Translations under genes and position numbers: made by a program | In this document: piece after piece, positions 26,945 through 36,461 of the stretch | How the letters are laid out: each line of letters begins with the position of its first letter | How positions within the stretch are numbered: position 1 is the first letter of the stretch | Notes under the pieces: generated by a model | What the model was told of the DNA's origin: nothing | Seen by the model: only the letters and a program-made list of their open reading frames with translations | Databases searched by the model: none | Assembly: GCA_964008355.1 (NCBI GenBank) | Contig: CAXGBD010000003.1 | Coordinates: 1-38,301 of the forward strand | DNA from: an uncultured Gammaproteobacteria bacterium | Lineage (GTDB): Bacteria; Pseudomonadota; Gammaproteobacteria; Steroidobacterales; UBA11654 | Direction: 5' to 3' | Length of the DNA: 38,301 nt

Positions 26945-27453
26945 CTTTGTTCGCCTTCTAGTTCATCACTGCTCTCAACTGTGGGTCTATTCTTTGGATC
27001 AATGGTGTAGAGAAAATGTCGAATTGAGGTCATGAAAAAGGCTAAAGGTATCACTGCCTGAAATGGCCAAATGACTATTCTTAATACCACCGATTGAACA
27101 TCATCATGAAAGGTTTCTATGACCACTTGGGAAGCAATTATGGCAAAGCATAAGCAAAACAATGACATGATGCCTTCTTGCACTCTGATCAGAACCGGAT
27201 CCCAATTTTTTGGTAACCATGCGTCAGCAAATTTGGGCCTCAAGTGGGCACCTTCAGATGAAGCAACCCCTAAGCCAAACATCACCACAAATAAATTGGC
27301 ATAAACCCCAAGTTGCCTTGACCAATGCAAACCAGCTCCTGTGAGCTCTCTGATAGCAACATCGGTGAACATAACAACCACCAGTACTGCAAATGCAATG
27401 AAAGTAATGCCTTTTTCGAATCGAGTCATTACAGTTAGAGCTTTTTTAATCAT
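26941..27453 (-). CDS. dctQ: TRAP transporter small permease
   Basis: Four TM segments, V.IR...G..L.WS pattern, G.HL motif; ATGA overlap with dctM. Confidence 0.85.
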   Translation of the reverse strand: MIKKALTVMTRFEKGITFIAFAVLVVVMFTDVAIRELTGAGLHWSRQLGVYANLFVVMFGLGVASSEGAHLRPKFADAWLPKNWDPVLIRVQEGIMSLFCLCFAIIASQVVIETFHDDVQSVVLRIVIWPFQAVIPLAFFMTSIRHFLYTIDPKNRPTVESSDELEGEQR

Positions 27454-27547
27454 GTGGTTTTTATTTTTTATTAATATGGGGATAAATCTTATTTCATTGT
27501 AAACTATGATTTAACAGAAATTTAAAATGGATTAAAAAAAGGTTTTT

Positions 27548-29053
27548 ATGGCAAACAATGAACAGATTTCTATTTCTGAGGAAGTAAAAAGATTTCTTAA
27601 CTCAGATCACCAACTTCTCATTGATGGAGAGTGGGTTTCTTCATCTTCTGGGGAAAAAATCCCGGTTTTTGATCCAGCTACTGAAGAACAACTAACTGAA
27701 GTAGACTCTGGGAACCAAACTGATATTGATGCCGCAGTTACTGCTGCTCGTAAAGCACTTACTGGTGAGTGGTCTAGAATCAACTCTCATGATCGTGCAC
27801 AGTTGCTGAATAAATTGGCTGATGATATAGAGGCAAATTTTTCAGTTTTGTCAGAAATGGAGGTTTTGGACAATGGCATGCCCCTGGCTTTGGCACAATA
27901 TTCCATTGCTGGCCATGGGGTGACTTTATTACGTTATTATGCCAGCTGGGCGACCAAGATCCATGGGGATACTATTCCCGTTTCTCCAGGCGGAGCCGCT
28001 AACGGAGAATCAATTACTTATACAAGAAAGGAGCCGATTGGAGTGGTTGGTGCCATCATTCCATGGAACTCTCCCTTAATTTTCGCTATTTTAAAAATAG
28101 CTCCCGCATTAGCAACAGGTTGTACAGTGGTTCTCAAGCCAGCTGAATTAACTCCTATAACTGCATTATTTTTAGGTAGTTTGATTCAAAACTCTGGAAT
28201 TCCAAAAGGAGTTGTGAATATCGTGACAGGATATGGAGAAACAGCAGGAACTGCCCTAACCCACCATGATGATGTTGATAAGATTGCGTTCACAGGTTCA
28301 ACTGAGGTGGGTAAGAAAATTGTAAAAGCTTCTGTTGGAAATCTAAAAAAGGTCACGCTTGAATTAGGTGGCAAAAATCCTGTTGTTGTTTTTCCAGATG
28401 CTGATTTAGAAAAAGCGATTCCAGGGGCTGCAAGAGCTTGTTTTTTTCTTCAGGGACAAAATTGTATGGCTGGTACCCGACTATTTGTGCACAAAGATAT
28501 TTATCAACCAGTCATTAATGGTGTAAAAGCAATGGCAGAAGCTTTCACCATTGGACATGGCTTGATTCCAACAAATGATTTTGGTCCTCTTATTTCTGAG
28601 ATACAAAGAGAAAGAGTGATGTCTTATATACAACTAGGTCAGGACGAAGGAGCTGAGTTGTTAACGGGAGGTGAAAGCATTGGTGATAAGGGTTTTTTTG
28701 TTAAACCCACAATTTTCTCTAATGTTAGAGGAGATATGAGAATTGCAAAAGAGGAAATATTCGGTCCAGTTTTATGTGCTCAATCTTTCGAAAATGAGGA
28801 TTTGGAAACTATAGCCCAACAAGCCAATGACACCTCCTATGGACTATCTGGGAGTGTTTGGACACAAGATATCTCAGTTGCTCATAAAATGGCCATGCTG
28901 ATTGATGCAGGGCAAGTGAGTATTAATTGTCATGCAGCTGTGGATCCAGCTATCCCATTTGGTGGCAATAAACAATCAGGTTGGGGAAGAGAGTTTGGCA
29001 AAGAAGGCTTGGAGCCCTACCTTAAAACCAAAGCTACATCTGTTATTTTTTAG
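27548..29053 (+). CDS. NAD-dependent aldehyde dehydrogenase (phenylacetaldehyde-dehydrogenase-like)
   Basis: EPIGVVGAIIPWN, LKPAELTP, FTGSTEVG, TLELGGK (Glu), QGQNC (Cys), EEIFGPV, PFGG.KQSG.GRE. Substrate not determinable. Confidence 0.9.
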   Translation: MANNEQISISEEVKRFLNSDHQLLIDGEWVSSSSGEKIPVFDPATEEQLTEVDSGNQTDIDAAVTAARKALTGEWSRINSHDRAQLLNKLADDIEANFSVLSEMEVLDNGMPLALAQYSIAGHGVTLLRYYASWATKIHGDTIPVSPGGAANGESITYTRKEPIGVVGAIIPWNSPLIFAILKIAPALATGCTVVLKPAELTPITALFLGSLIQNSGIPKGVVNIVTGYGETAGTALTHHDDVDKIAFTGSTEVGKKIVKASVGNLKKVTLELGGKNPVVVFPDADLEKAIPGAARACFFLQGQNCMAGTRLFVHKDIYQPVINGVKAMAEAFTIGHGLIPTNDFGPLISEIQRERVMSYIQLGQDEGAELLTGGESIGDKGFFVKPTIFSNVRGDMRIAKEEIFGPVLCAQSFENEDLETIAQQANDTSYGLSGSVWTQDISVAHKMAMLIDAGQVSINCHAAVDPAIPFGGNKQSGWGREFGKEGLEPYLKTKATSVIF

Positions 29054-29064
29054 ACTGGGTTTAA

Positions 29065-29775
29065 CTACCAGGGTACGTCGTTTCCGAATCGGTCTAAGAA
29101 TTTTCCATTGTCGGATGCAGTCAGAGATTCAAACATTTTTTGTTGTTGTTCAACGCTGTCTCCAGGGTCAATTTCTGCTTCTGCTCCGCCAAGATGTGTT
29201 CGACACCAGCCTGGTGCAAGTGAAACAACAATGATGTTTTTCCATTCATTAGACATCCCTTTGGCAATAACATTCAGTCCAGACTTACTAGTTCGGTAGG
29301 AGTATAAGCCGCCAAAATTATTTTGATATACAGAGCCTAAATCACTAGACATCATGATGAGGATTTTCTTATCGCTAATTGAAATTTGTTTGTAAAAGGA
29401 TGTTGCCACTTTAAAAGGTGCAAGCAAGTTTACCTCCAAGATCTCTCTCCATATCTGATAATCCATATTATCGATTTTTTGGTAGTCCATTGCCGTAGGC
29501 ATTCCTACAGGACCTCCTGTACCAGCGTTGTTGATTAAAATATCAATTGCAGTGTTTTTATACTTATTTGCAAGTTCATCGATTTGTTTGTGATTGGTGA
29601 CCTCAAGTTCTTCAATGACGAAGTTTGTTCCATATTGATCTTGTAGTTGCAATAACTCTATTGCTTTTTCTGGTTGCCTTGTACAGGCGATGACTGTCCA
29701 TTTCTTCTGAGCATATTGAGCAACATGTTCATAACCAATGCCCCGATTAGCGCCTGTTACCAAGACTGTTGGCAT
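29065..29775 (-). CDS. Short-chain dehydrogenase/reductase (CsgA/C-factor-like)
   Basis: TGANRGIG, LINNAG, SS.LGS, YSYRTSK, PGW.RT.LGG. Confidence 0.88.
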   Translation of the reverse strand: MPTVLVTGANRGIGYEHVAQYAQKKWTVIACTRQPEKAIELLQLQDQYGTNFVIEELEVTNHKQIDELANKYKNTAIDILINNAGTGGPVGMPTAMDYQKIDNMDYQIWREILEVNLLAPFKVATSFYKQISISDKKILIMMSSDLGSVYQNNFGGLYSYRTSKSGLNVIAKGMSNEWKNIIVVSLAPGWCRTHLGGAEAEIDPGDSVEQQQKMFESLTASDNGKFLDRFGNDVPW

Positions 29776-29861
29776 AATCTTTCCCTCGTATTGCTATTGA
29801 CTTTAAATAGAACATAATATCAAAATAGTTTTTATCATTTTCAAAAAAAAGAGGTCTAATA

Positions 29862-30446
29862 ATGTCTCAACCCAATTATATTTCTGCACTTGATCTTCAT
29901 CAGAATCCTGAAATAAAAAATCTAAAAAAAGAAACACAAGACTACTTTGACGAATGTATTGAAAAATTAGGTTTTGTTCCTAATGTTCTTTTGGCTTATG
30001 CATTTGATGAAACTAAACTGGATCAGTTTATGGGTTTCTATAACAATCTTATGTTGGATGATTCTGGTTTGTCAAAATTAGAAAGAGAAATGATCGCGGT
30101 TGTAGTTTCTTCATACAACCGTTGTTATTACTGTATGGTTGCTCATGGAGCAGCAGTTAGACATATTTCAAAGGATCCAATGCTTGGTGAGGTTTTATGT
30201 ATGAACTATAAAGTAGCCGAATTATCTTCAAGGCATCGAATTATGTTAGATTTTGCATGGAAAATGAGTGAATCTCCGATGTTAATTGAAGATGCAGATC
30301 GTCAGAATTTAAGAGATAATGGATTTGATGATAAGGATATTTGGGATATTAGTGCGGTTGCATCCTTTTACAATATGACTAATCGAATGGCTTCTGCAAT
30401 TAATTTAATGCCAAATCCAGGTTATCACAAGAAGGCAAGAGGATAG
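29862..30446 (+). CDS. AhpD/CMD-like peroxidase-related enzyme
   Basis: LGFVPNV, LSKLEREMIAVVVS..NRCYYC..AHG, FYNMTNR. Confidence 0.88.
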   Translation: MSQPNYISALDLHQNPEIKNLKKETQDYFDECIEKLGFVPNVLLAYAFDETKLDQFMGFYNNLMLDDSGLSKLEREMIAVVVSSYNRCYYCMVAHGAAVRHISKDPMLGEVLCMNYKVAELSSRHRIMLDFAWKMSESPMLIEDADRQNLRDNGFDDKDIWDISAVASFYNMTNRMASAINLMPNPGYHKKARG

Positions 30447-30461
30447 ATTGCTATTATAATT

Positions 30462-30470
30462 TGCTATAAT
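30462..30470 (+). promoter_or_regulatory. Extended -10 promoter element for mscS
   Basis: TG-C-TATAAT is a perfect TGnTATAAT, 40 nt upstream of the mscS ATG. Confidence 0.5.
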
Positions 30471-30510
30471 TCTCAGATATAAAAAATAAACTCAAAATCA
30501 TCAATAATTA

Positions 30511-31356
30511 ATGGAAACAACTGAACTTACAAATTCTATAACTCAAATTTTTACTGATCTAGCAGGTCCTCTGGCAACTTTTGGTAAACGCATCCTTTTT
30601 GCAGTTTTAATCATTGTGGTAGGTCGATGGGTGGTTAAGCTACTTTTAAGAATCATCAATACTGCTCTTGAGAAGACAACCATTGAAGAAACTGTGAGGA
30701 TTTTCGTAGGCAATCTTCTCAGAACCTTATTCATGATAGTTGTTTTTATTGCTGCAATTAATCAATTAGGCATAGAGACTACCTCAATAATTGCAATGTT
30801 AGGAGCAGCTGGTTTGGCTATTGGTTTGGCCCTACAAGGATCATTAGCAAACTTTGCTGCAGGAATTCTGATCGTAACTTTTCGACCCTACAAAGTGGGT
30901 GATTATATTCAAGCAGGTTCTGCATCTGGTACGGTTTTAGATATTCAAATTTTCTCAACCGTCCTAAAGACACCTGATAACAAGGTGATTGTCATACCCA
31001 ACGGAACGATCATGGATGGCAGCATCACCAACTATTCTGAGCAACCTACACGCCGTGTGGATATAGTCGCTAGTTGCGGCTACGAAGATGACATTGATAA
31101 AGTTAAGCAATTATTGACTGATATTATCAATCAGGATGACAGGGTACTTGATGAGCCAGAACCACTTGTGGCTTTATCTGAGCTGGCTGATAACAGCATC
31201 AATTTTGTTGTCAGGCCTTGGGTTAATTCTTCTGATTATTTTCCTGTTTATTATTCTCTATTGGAGCAAATTAAGAAGAGATTCGACAAAGAGGGGATCT
31301 CAATTCCCTATCCTCAAAGGGATATCCATATCTACAATCACGAAAATAAAAACTAG
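30511..31356 (+). CDS. mscS: Small-conductance mechanosensitive channel
   Basis: LGAAGLAIGLALQGSLANFAAG TM3 motif, RPYKVGD, IPNG, TRRVD, ISIPYPQRD. Confidence 0.93.
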   Translation: METTELTNSITQIFTDLAGPLATFGKRILFAVLIIVVGRWVVKLLLRIINTALEKTTIEETVRIFVGNLLRTLFMIVVFIAAINQLGIETTSIIAMLGAAGLAIGLALQGSLANFAAGILIVTFRPYKVGDYIQAGSASGTVLDIQIFSTVLKTPDNKVIVIPNGTIMDGSITNYSEQPTRRVDIVASCGYEDDIDKVKQLLTDIINQDDRVLDEPEPLVALSELADNSINFVVRPWVNSSDYFPVYYSLLEQIKKRFDKEGISIPYPQRDIHIYNHENKN

Positions 31357-31383
31357 CTTCCTGATTCCTTTTTTACAGTCGGT

Positions 31384-33261
31384 TTAAGCTTGCATCCATT
31401 TTTGGAACTTTGGAGTTGCTGGAGGCTCAAGTCCGGTTTCAGCTTTGCAACGCTTCTTGAGTTCACTAATACTTGAGAACCCTTTATCGAATAGTTTTGT
31501 TTTGCCTCTTGCTTTAGCCATCTCCTTTCTTAATTTAGTTGTAGCAGAATTGTTTATCTTCAATTCCTTACTGAGTACGACACCATAATTTTTCTTAGCA
31601 CCTTTTCTAGTTACTAAGCCGGCATCAACATCGAAGGCAACTCTTTCAGCAGGTCTTGTTAATGGGTCACCCCATCCTCCTCCACCCCAAGTTACGTGGT
31701 AGAGTACATCGTCCTCTTCAACTTTAATTCGATCACATTTTGATTGGAGTAATTCAGTATCTCCATTGCTTCTTACCAATGTTTTTGTACTGCGTGCACC
31801 TGGATGACCTCCATTGACACCCCAAGGATAAGTAAGCCATCGGTCATCATGTATAGAGACCTCTCCGGGCTCTAAGAATCGATAAGTAGTGCAAAGAGCA
31901 TTACCACCTCGATGATGTCCTGCTCCACCGCTATCAGGTACCGTGTAGTATTCTTCAATAATAAGTGGGAAGTAACTTTCTAAAAACTCATTTGGGACAT
32001 TGGTGAAGCTAGGCCAAAGTGAATGACCATCTGGACCATCACCCATTGGTTTTCCTGGCACTCCTCCAAATCCAATCATATAGAGCTGATACCATTCACC
32101 TTTTTTGTCATATCCTGAATACATTAGATGGGGACTATCAGAAAATCCAGCAGCACAGAGAAAGTCAGGAGATCCTTGACCTAGGAGACCACCTAGTATG
32201 TCAAAAATTCTACCTAAAGCGTGTGTTCTGCATGATAAGGCAGCTGGATGTAGGGGTTTCAAAAGGGTGCCTTCTGGAATTCGAACGTCCATCAAATCGT
32301 AAAATCCGTCGTTGAACATAATTGCTGGATCAAAAACCATAATCATGTAAACGCCACAGAACATTTTGAACATTTCCTCATTGAGATAAAAATTGACTGA
32401 GCTGATTGATTGTGGATCAGTGCCCTCAAAGTCAAAAATTACTTTTTTACCCTGCCTCCACATGGCGCATTTAATTTTATAAGGACCCATCCCAAGACCA
32501 TCGTCACAGATATAATCTTCGAAATACTGTTTTTCAGTCGGTACCGTATTTGTGATGAGTTTACCCATGGCAGTTTTATTTCTATCCAAAAGTTCTTCAA
32601 GAGCAGAATAATAGATATCGTCACCAAATCGTTCAGCCATTTCCAAGACTCGTTTCTCTGCCATTCTTATCGCAGCAACGATGGCATTAAAATCACTTCT
32701 ATTCCAATGGGGTAGACGGCAGTTGTTTAAGATTAACTCCAAAATTTCTTCCTGGAGTTCATCATTTTTATAAATTTTTATTGGTGGGACTCTGATTCCT
32801 TCTTCAAATATTTGACTTGCATCTGTTGGAAGGCTACCTGGGACTTTACCACCTACGTCGGTCATATGACCAAACATGGCTGCATAACTGATGAGTCTGC
32901 CGTCCTTATATATGGGTCTGAGCAACAACCAATCATTGACATGACTAATGGCACCATTGCATGAGTACGGATCAGTAGTAAGGAACATGTCACCCTCTTC
33001 CATAGTTCCATCGTAGGCTTCCATAAAACCATAAATAAAACTTCCAAATTGTCCTACAACCATTTTTCCGTCTAAGTTTGCAATCATTGGAAATTCGTCA
33101 CCTTGTTCCCGAATACCTGGAGACATTGCCGTTCTAAATAGAACTGCATCCATTTCCCAGCGAGCTGAGAACATTGAATTTTCTATAACATCCAAGGTAA
33201 TGGGGTCAAGCTTGACCCGTTTAAAGGGTTTATTATTGGTCTGAATTATCTTTGTTGACAT
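31384..33261 (-). CDS. Hydantoinase B / 5-oxoprolinase family subunit
   Basis: DPITLDVI, RTAMSP.IRE, TDPY....SHVND, GHMTDVGG.VPGS, EEG, DSGGAG.HRGG, GGGGWGDP. Confidence 0.9.
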   Translation of the reverse strand: MSTKIIQTNNKPFKRVKLDPITLDVIENSMFSARWEMDAVLFRTAMSPGIREQGDEFPMIANLDGKMVVGQFGSFIYGFMEAYDGTMEEGDMFLTTDPYSCNGAISHVNDWLLLRPIYKDGRLISYAAMFGHMTDVGGKVPGSLPTDASQIFEEGIRVPPIKIYKNDELQEEILELILNNCRLPHWNRSDFNAIVAAIRMAEKRVLEMAERFGDDIYYSALEELLDRNKTAMGKLITNTVPTEKQYFEDYICDDGLGMGPYKIKCAMWRQGKKVIFDFEGTDPQSISSVNFYLNEEMFKMFCGVYMIMVFDPAIMFNDGFYDLMDVRIPEGTLLKPLHPAALSCRTHALGRIFDILGGLLGQGSPDFLCAAGFSDSPHLMYSGYDKKGEWYQLYMIGFGGVPGKPMGDGPDGHSLWPSFTNVPNEFLESYFPLIIEEYYTVPDSGGAGHHRGGNALCTTYRFLEPGEVSIHDDRWLTYPWGVNGGHPGARSTKTLVRSNGDTELLQSKCDRIKVEEDDVLYHVTWGGGGWGDPLTRPAERVAFDVDAGLVTRKGAKKNYGVVLSKELKINNSATTKLRKEMAKARGKTKLFDKGFSSISELKKRCKAETGLEPPATPKFQKWMQA

Positions 33262-33273
33262 GAGGTACTCCTT

Positions 33274-35334
33274 TTAAGCATCTGGGGTAATCAGAATATT
33301 ACCAAATTTATCAATCCGGCCTGAGTGATCAGGCAAGATTACAGTGGTTGAATCCATTTCTAGCACAATGGCTGGTCCTTTGATTATATTCCCTTGTTTT
33401 AATTTTGATCGTTCATAGAGAGAAGCAAACCTGTTTTTGCCCTCCATAAAAACTTTAGTTTTAGAGATGAATGCTCCAGAGGGATTGTAATTTCCTCTGG
33501 GGACAGATGGTGCTTTAACGTTTAGAGCTTTGTCTCTGACAACTGCTCTTAAATTCACTAACTCTTTTTCTGCTGGCAGAGCGAACGTGAATAGTTGTTC
33601 ATGCATTTCATCAAATGTGTTGCCAATAGCATTGAGTCCTTTTCTTCTGAGTTCACTCAAGTCAAAATCAACTGTTAGCAATAAACCTTGTCCGTGGTAT
33701 CGAATGTCCACTTGATAAGTAGTAGTTCGATTCTTCTTTGCTACACCCTCTGCATCAAGTGTCTTTGAAGCTTTTTTTGAGAGATCGGTAAATATTTGGA
33801 CTACCTCTTTCTTGTTGGTGTCGCTAAATCTTCTAATAAAGGACATTGAAGCTTCATCTTGAATCGTTGTCGTTACATCTCCATAAGCACACAATACCCC
33901 AGGTCCAGGTGGAATGATGACCGGCCATGAATTGGTAAGTTTTCCAAGTGCGTTTGCATGCAGTGGTCCTGCGCCTCCGAAACCAATTAAGGCAAAATCT
34001 CTAGGGTCAAATCCTTTCTCAACAGAAACCAATCTTAGGGCTCCGTACATATTTTCATTGACAATATCATAAATTCCAGCGGCTGCTGCCTGAACAGAAA
34101 GACCCAAAGGATCTGCAACTGTTTTAACTGCATCCACTGCAAGATCTTTTCTAATTTTCATATCTCCACCCAAGCGAACATTGGGTGGCATATATCCAAG
34201 AGCTACGTTTGCATCAGTTACGGTTGGCTCGACTCCGCCTTTATCATATGCTGCTGGTCCAGGTTCTGCTCCCGCACTTTGAGGACCAACTCTTAATGCT
34301 CCTGTGAGTTCAGGGACATGAGCAATTGATCCACCTCCAGCCCCTACTGTTCTGACATCCACTGATGAGGCTCGAACTGTTACATCTCCAACAGTGGTTT
34401 CACGACTCTGTGCTGCCCTGCCATTCAAGACTAGTGAAACATCAGTAGATGTTCCTCCCATGTCAAACGTCAACAGATTGTTATAGCCTGCTTGTTGAGC
34501 AATCCAGATTGCACCCGATACTCCTCCTGCAGGTCCACTCATTAATACATTTATAGGCGAGTTTTCTGAGGCCTTTGCAGAAGCTAGTCCTCCGTCCGAT
34601 CTAAGGATATGCAGTTTGACATCATTCATACGCCTCTTAAGTCCTTTTTGTAGGTTCTTAATATATTCAGAGACTTTAGGACGAACGTAAGAATTTGCAA
34701 CCGTGGTAATCGTCCTTTCATATTCTTGCATTTCTGGAACGATCTCTGATGAAAGAGAGACTGGAACTCCAGGTAAGAGTTTTTTCTTATTGATAATTTT
34801 TTTTATTTCTTTTTCATTAGCATCATTGGCAAATGAATTGATTAATGAAACCGTTAGAGCCTCAATGCCTCTTTTAGAGAGAGCTTTGAGGTCTTTTTCA
34901 AGTTTACCTTTTTTGACTGTTCTTAAAATTTCCCCAGATGCTGAGGTTCTCTCATCTGCTTCGATAGTCAATGCCAGTGGTGCCAATGGGTCGCTTTTAT
35001 TATAGATAACCCAGCCACCTAAACCACCAGGGACAAAGGATCGTGCAATTTGTAGTATCTGGCGATAGCCTTTTGTAGTAACCAATCCTACTTTAGCACC
35101 GGTTCCCGTTAAAACGGTGTTAGTTGCAACTGTTGTGCCATGCATGACAGAGGCAATTTCAGCAGGGTCAATGCCTGCATTATCACAGACTCTTTTAATT
35201 CCATTAAAAACACCTTCTGAAGAATCATCCGGTGTGCTGGGGACTTTTGCTGTGTATAATTTTCCTGATTTTTCATCTACAAGAAGAAGGTCTGTGAAGG
35301 TTCCTCCTACATCTACGCCTAGTCGATAACTCAT
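33274..35334 (-). CDS. Hydantoinase A / 5-oxoprolinase family ATP-binding subunit
   Basis: GVDVGGTFTD, HGTTVATN, EYERT.TT, SGPAGG, DMGGTSTD, GAGGGSI, GP.SAGA.PGP, PTVTDAN, FGGAGPLH. Confidence 0.92.
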   Translation of the reverse strand: MSYRLGVDVGGTFTDLLLVDEKSGKLYTAKVPSTPDDSSEGVFNGIKRVCDNAGIDPAEIASVMHGTTVATNTVLTGTGAKVGLVTTKGYRQILQIARSFVPGGLGGWVIYNKSDPLAPLALTIEADERTSASGEILRTVKKGKLEKDLKALSKRGIEALTVSLINSFANDANEKEIKKIINKKKLLPGVPVSLSSEIVPEMQEYERTITTVANSYVRPKVSEYIKNLQKGLKRRMNDVKLHILRSDGGLASAKASENSPINVLMSGPAGGVSGAIWIAQQAGYNNLLTFDMGGTSTDVSLVLNGRAAQSRETTVGDVTVRASSVDVRTVGAGGGSIAHVPELTGALRVGPQSAGAEPGPAAYDKGGVEPTVTDANVALGYMPPNVRLGGDMKIRKDLAVDAVKTVADPLGLSVQAAAAGIYDIVNENMYGALRLVSVEKGFDPRDFALIGFGGAGPLHANALGKLTNSWPVIIPPGPGVLCAYGDVTTTIQDEASMSFIRRFSDTNKKEVVQIFTDLSKKASKTLDAEGVAKKNRTTTYQVDIRYHGQGLLLTVDFDLSELRRKGLNAIGNTFDEMHEQLFTFALPAEKELVNLRAVVRDKALNVKAPSVPRGNYNPSGAFISKTKVFMEGKNRFASLYERSKLKQGNIIKGPAIVLEMDSTTVILPDHSGRIDKFGNILITPDA

Positions 35335-35392
35335 GTTCTCTCCTAATTTTTATCTTTTATCAAAATGAATTTTCATCTTCATTGAGTGAAAC

Positions 35393-35421
35393 ATTGTATA
35401 ACGAAGAGTAAATTCTGTGAA
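35393..35421 (-). promoter_or_regulatory. Candidate sigma70 promoter for the hydantoinase A/B pair
   Basis: Minus strand TTCACA(35421-35416)-N17-TACAAT(35398-35393); AGGAG RBS downstream. Confidence 0.55.
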
Positions 35422-35453
35422 TAGTTGAATTGGTTTTATAGAATAATAATTTA

Positions 35454-36365
35454 TCAAAGATTGATATTGGCATTTTCTGGAAAAATTCCAGCTTTGGGAA
35501 CCATTGCTGGAACATTCCTGTCTAATATTTCCTCTAACCACTGTGTGGTTTGAACAACATCATTGAGATTTACACCTGTTTCAATATTAGAGCGATCAAG
35601 CATATACAACAAATCATCTGTCGGAATATTACCTGTTGCTTTAGGTGCAAAAGGGCATCCACCAATCCCACCAGTGGAAGCATCAATAATTGAGACTCCT
35701 GAATCAATCGCAGCTGCAGCATTAGCTAAACCGGTATTTCTTGTATTGTGAAGATGAGTTCTCAAAGGAATGTCTGGATTAAGTTCTTTAATTAGAGAAA
35801 AAACATTTTTAACTTGATTTGGAACAGCGACCCCTACACTATCAGCTAAGCCTAAAATATCAGGACTCCCTTGCAAGGCTTTTTCAGCAATTTCTACAAT
35901 CTTTTCAGGATCCACCTCCCCTTCATATGGACAACCAAAAGCACAAGCAATCACAACATTGGTTTTAATTCCTGCTGATTGGGCTTCAGATGCAATTTCC
36001 AACCAATTGTCAATCGATTGTTGAGTGGTAACACCTTGATTCCTCATGTTATAGGTATCGGTACTGACAATCACCATACCTACTTCTTGAATACCACAGT
36101 TTTTTGCACGTTCAAAACCCTTTTGGTTCATGATGAGTCCTATGTAGCTGACATCATCATAATCAGGAAGACTTTCAACGAGTTTTTCGGCATCAGCCAT
36201 TTGAGGCACTTTTTTTGGATGAACAAAGCTGGTGACCTCTATTTTTTTTATCCCAGCATCTACTGTTCTCACGATAAATTCTTTCTTTATTTCAGTAGGC
36301 ATAATTTCAGGCTCACTTTGGAGCCCGTCTCTTGGACCTACTTCAAGTATTGAAACTTTGTTCAT
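35454..36365 (-). CDS. Hydroxymethylglutaryl-CoA lyase family (DRE-TIM)
   Basis: EVGPRDGLQ, SFVHPKKVPQMAD, AFGCPYEG, HLHNTR, GGIGGCPFAP.ATGN. Exact acyl-CoA substrate unknown. Confidence 0.9.
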   Translation of the reverse strand: MNKVSILEVGPRDGLQSEPEIMPTEIKKEFIVRTVDAGIKKIEVTSFVHPKKVPQMADAEKLVESLPDYDDVSYIGLIMNQKGFERAKNCGIQEVGMVIVSTDTYNMRNQGVTTQQSIDNWLEIASEAQSAGIKTNVVIACAFGCPYEGEVDPEKIVEIAEKALQGSPDILGLADSVGVAVPNQVKNVFSLIKELNPDIPLRTHLHNTRNTGLANAAAAIDSGVSIIDASTGGIGGCPFAPKATGNIPTDDLLYMLDRSNIETGVNLNDVVQTTQWLEEILDRNVPAMVPKAGIFPENANINL

Positions 36366-36395
36366 AATTCAATTCCATCCTTCTTTTGAGATTTA

Positions 36396-36425
36396 AATAT
36401 TTGTGACTCAGTGTATACAAATATT
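36396..36425. promoter_or_regulatory. Operator-like inverted repeat in the divergent lyase/VOC region
   Basis: AATATTTGT(36396-36404)-N12-ACAAATATT(36417-36425), overlapping the palindrome TGTATACA (36412-36419). Confidence 0.45.
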
Positions 36426-36461
36426 GTGATATTCTCTATCTTTTACAAAACAAGGTTTGTC

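Noticed and set aside
25134-30446. Selenocysteine or recoding in the redox proteins (Prx5, AhpD-like)
   Set aside because: Catalytic positions are ordinary Cys codons and the ORFs are uninterrupted.
31384-35334. Acetone carboxylase call
   Set aside because: No small gamma-subunit gene is adjacent and subunit B is shorter than typical AcxB; left as a generic hydantoinase/oxoprolinase.
35350-35541. 63-aa ORF spanning the lyase end and the hydantoinase upstream region
   Set aside because: Out-of-frame overlap with the lyase, runs through a good promoter candidate, and has no family features.
582-36353. Numerous 60-130 aa ORFs nested in or antisense to long genes (e.g. 9720-10112, 32410-32715, 34703-35005, 35979-36353)
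   Set aside because: They are largely or entirely overlapped by well-supported genes, have no recognisable motifs or RBS, and are typical shadow ORFs.
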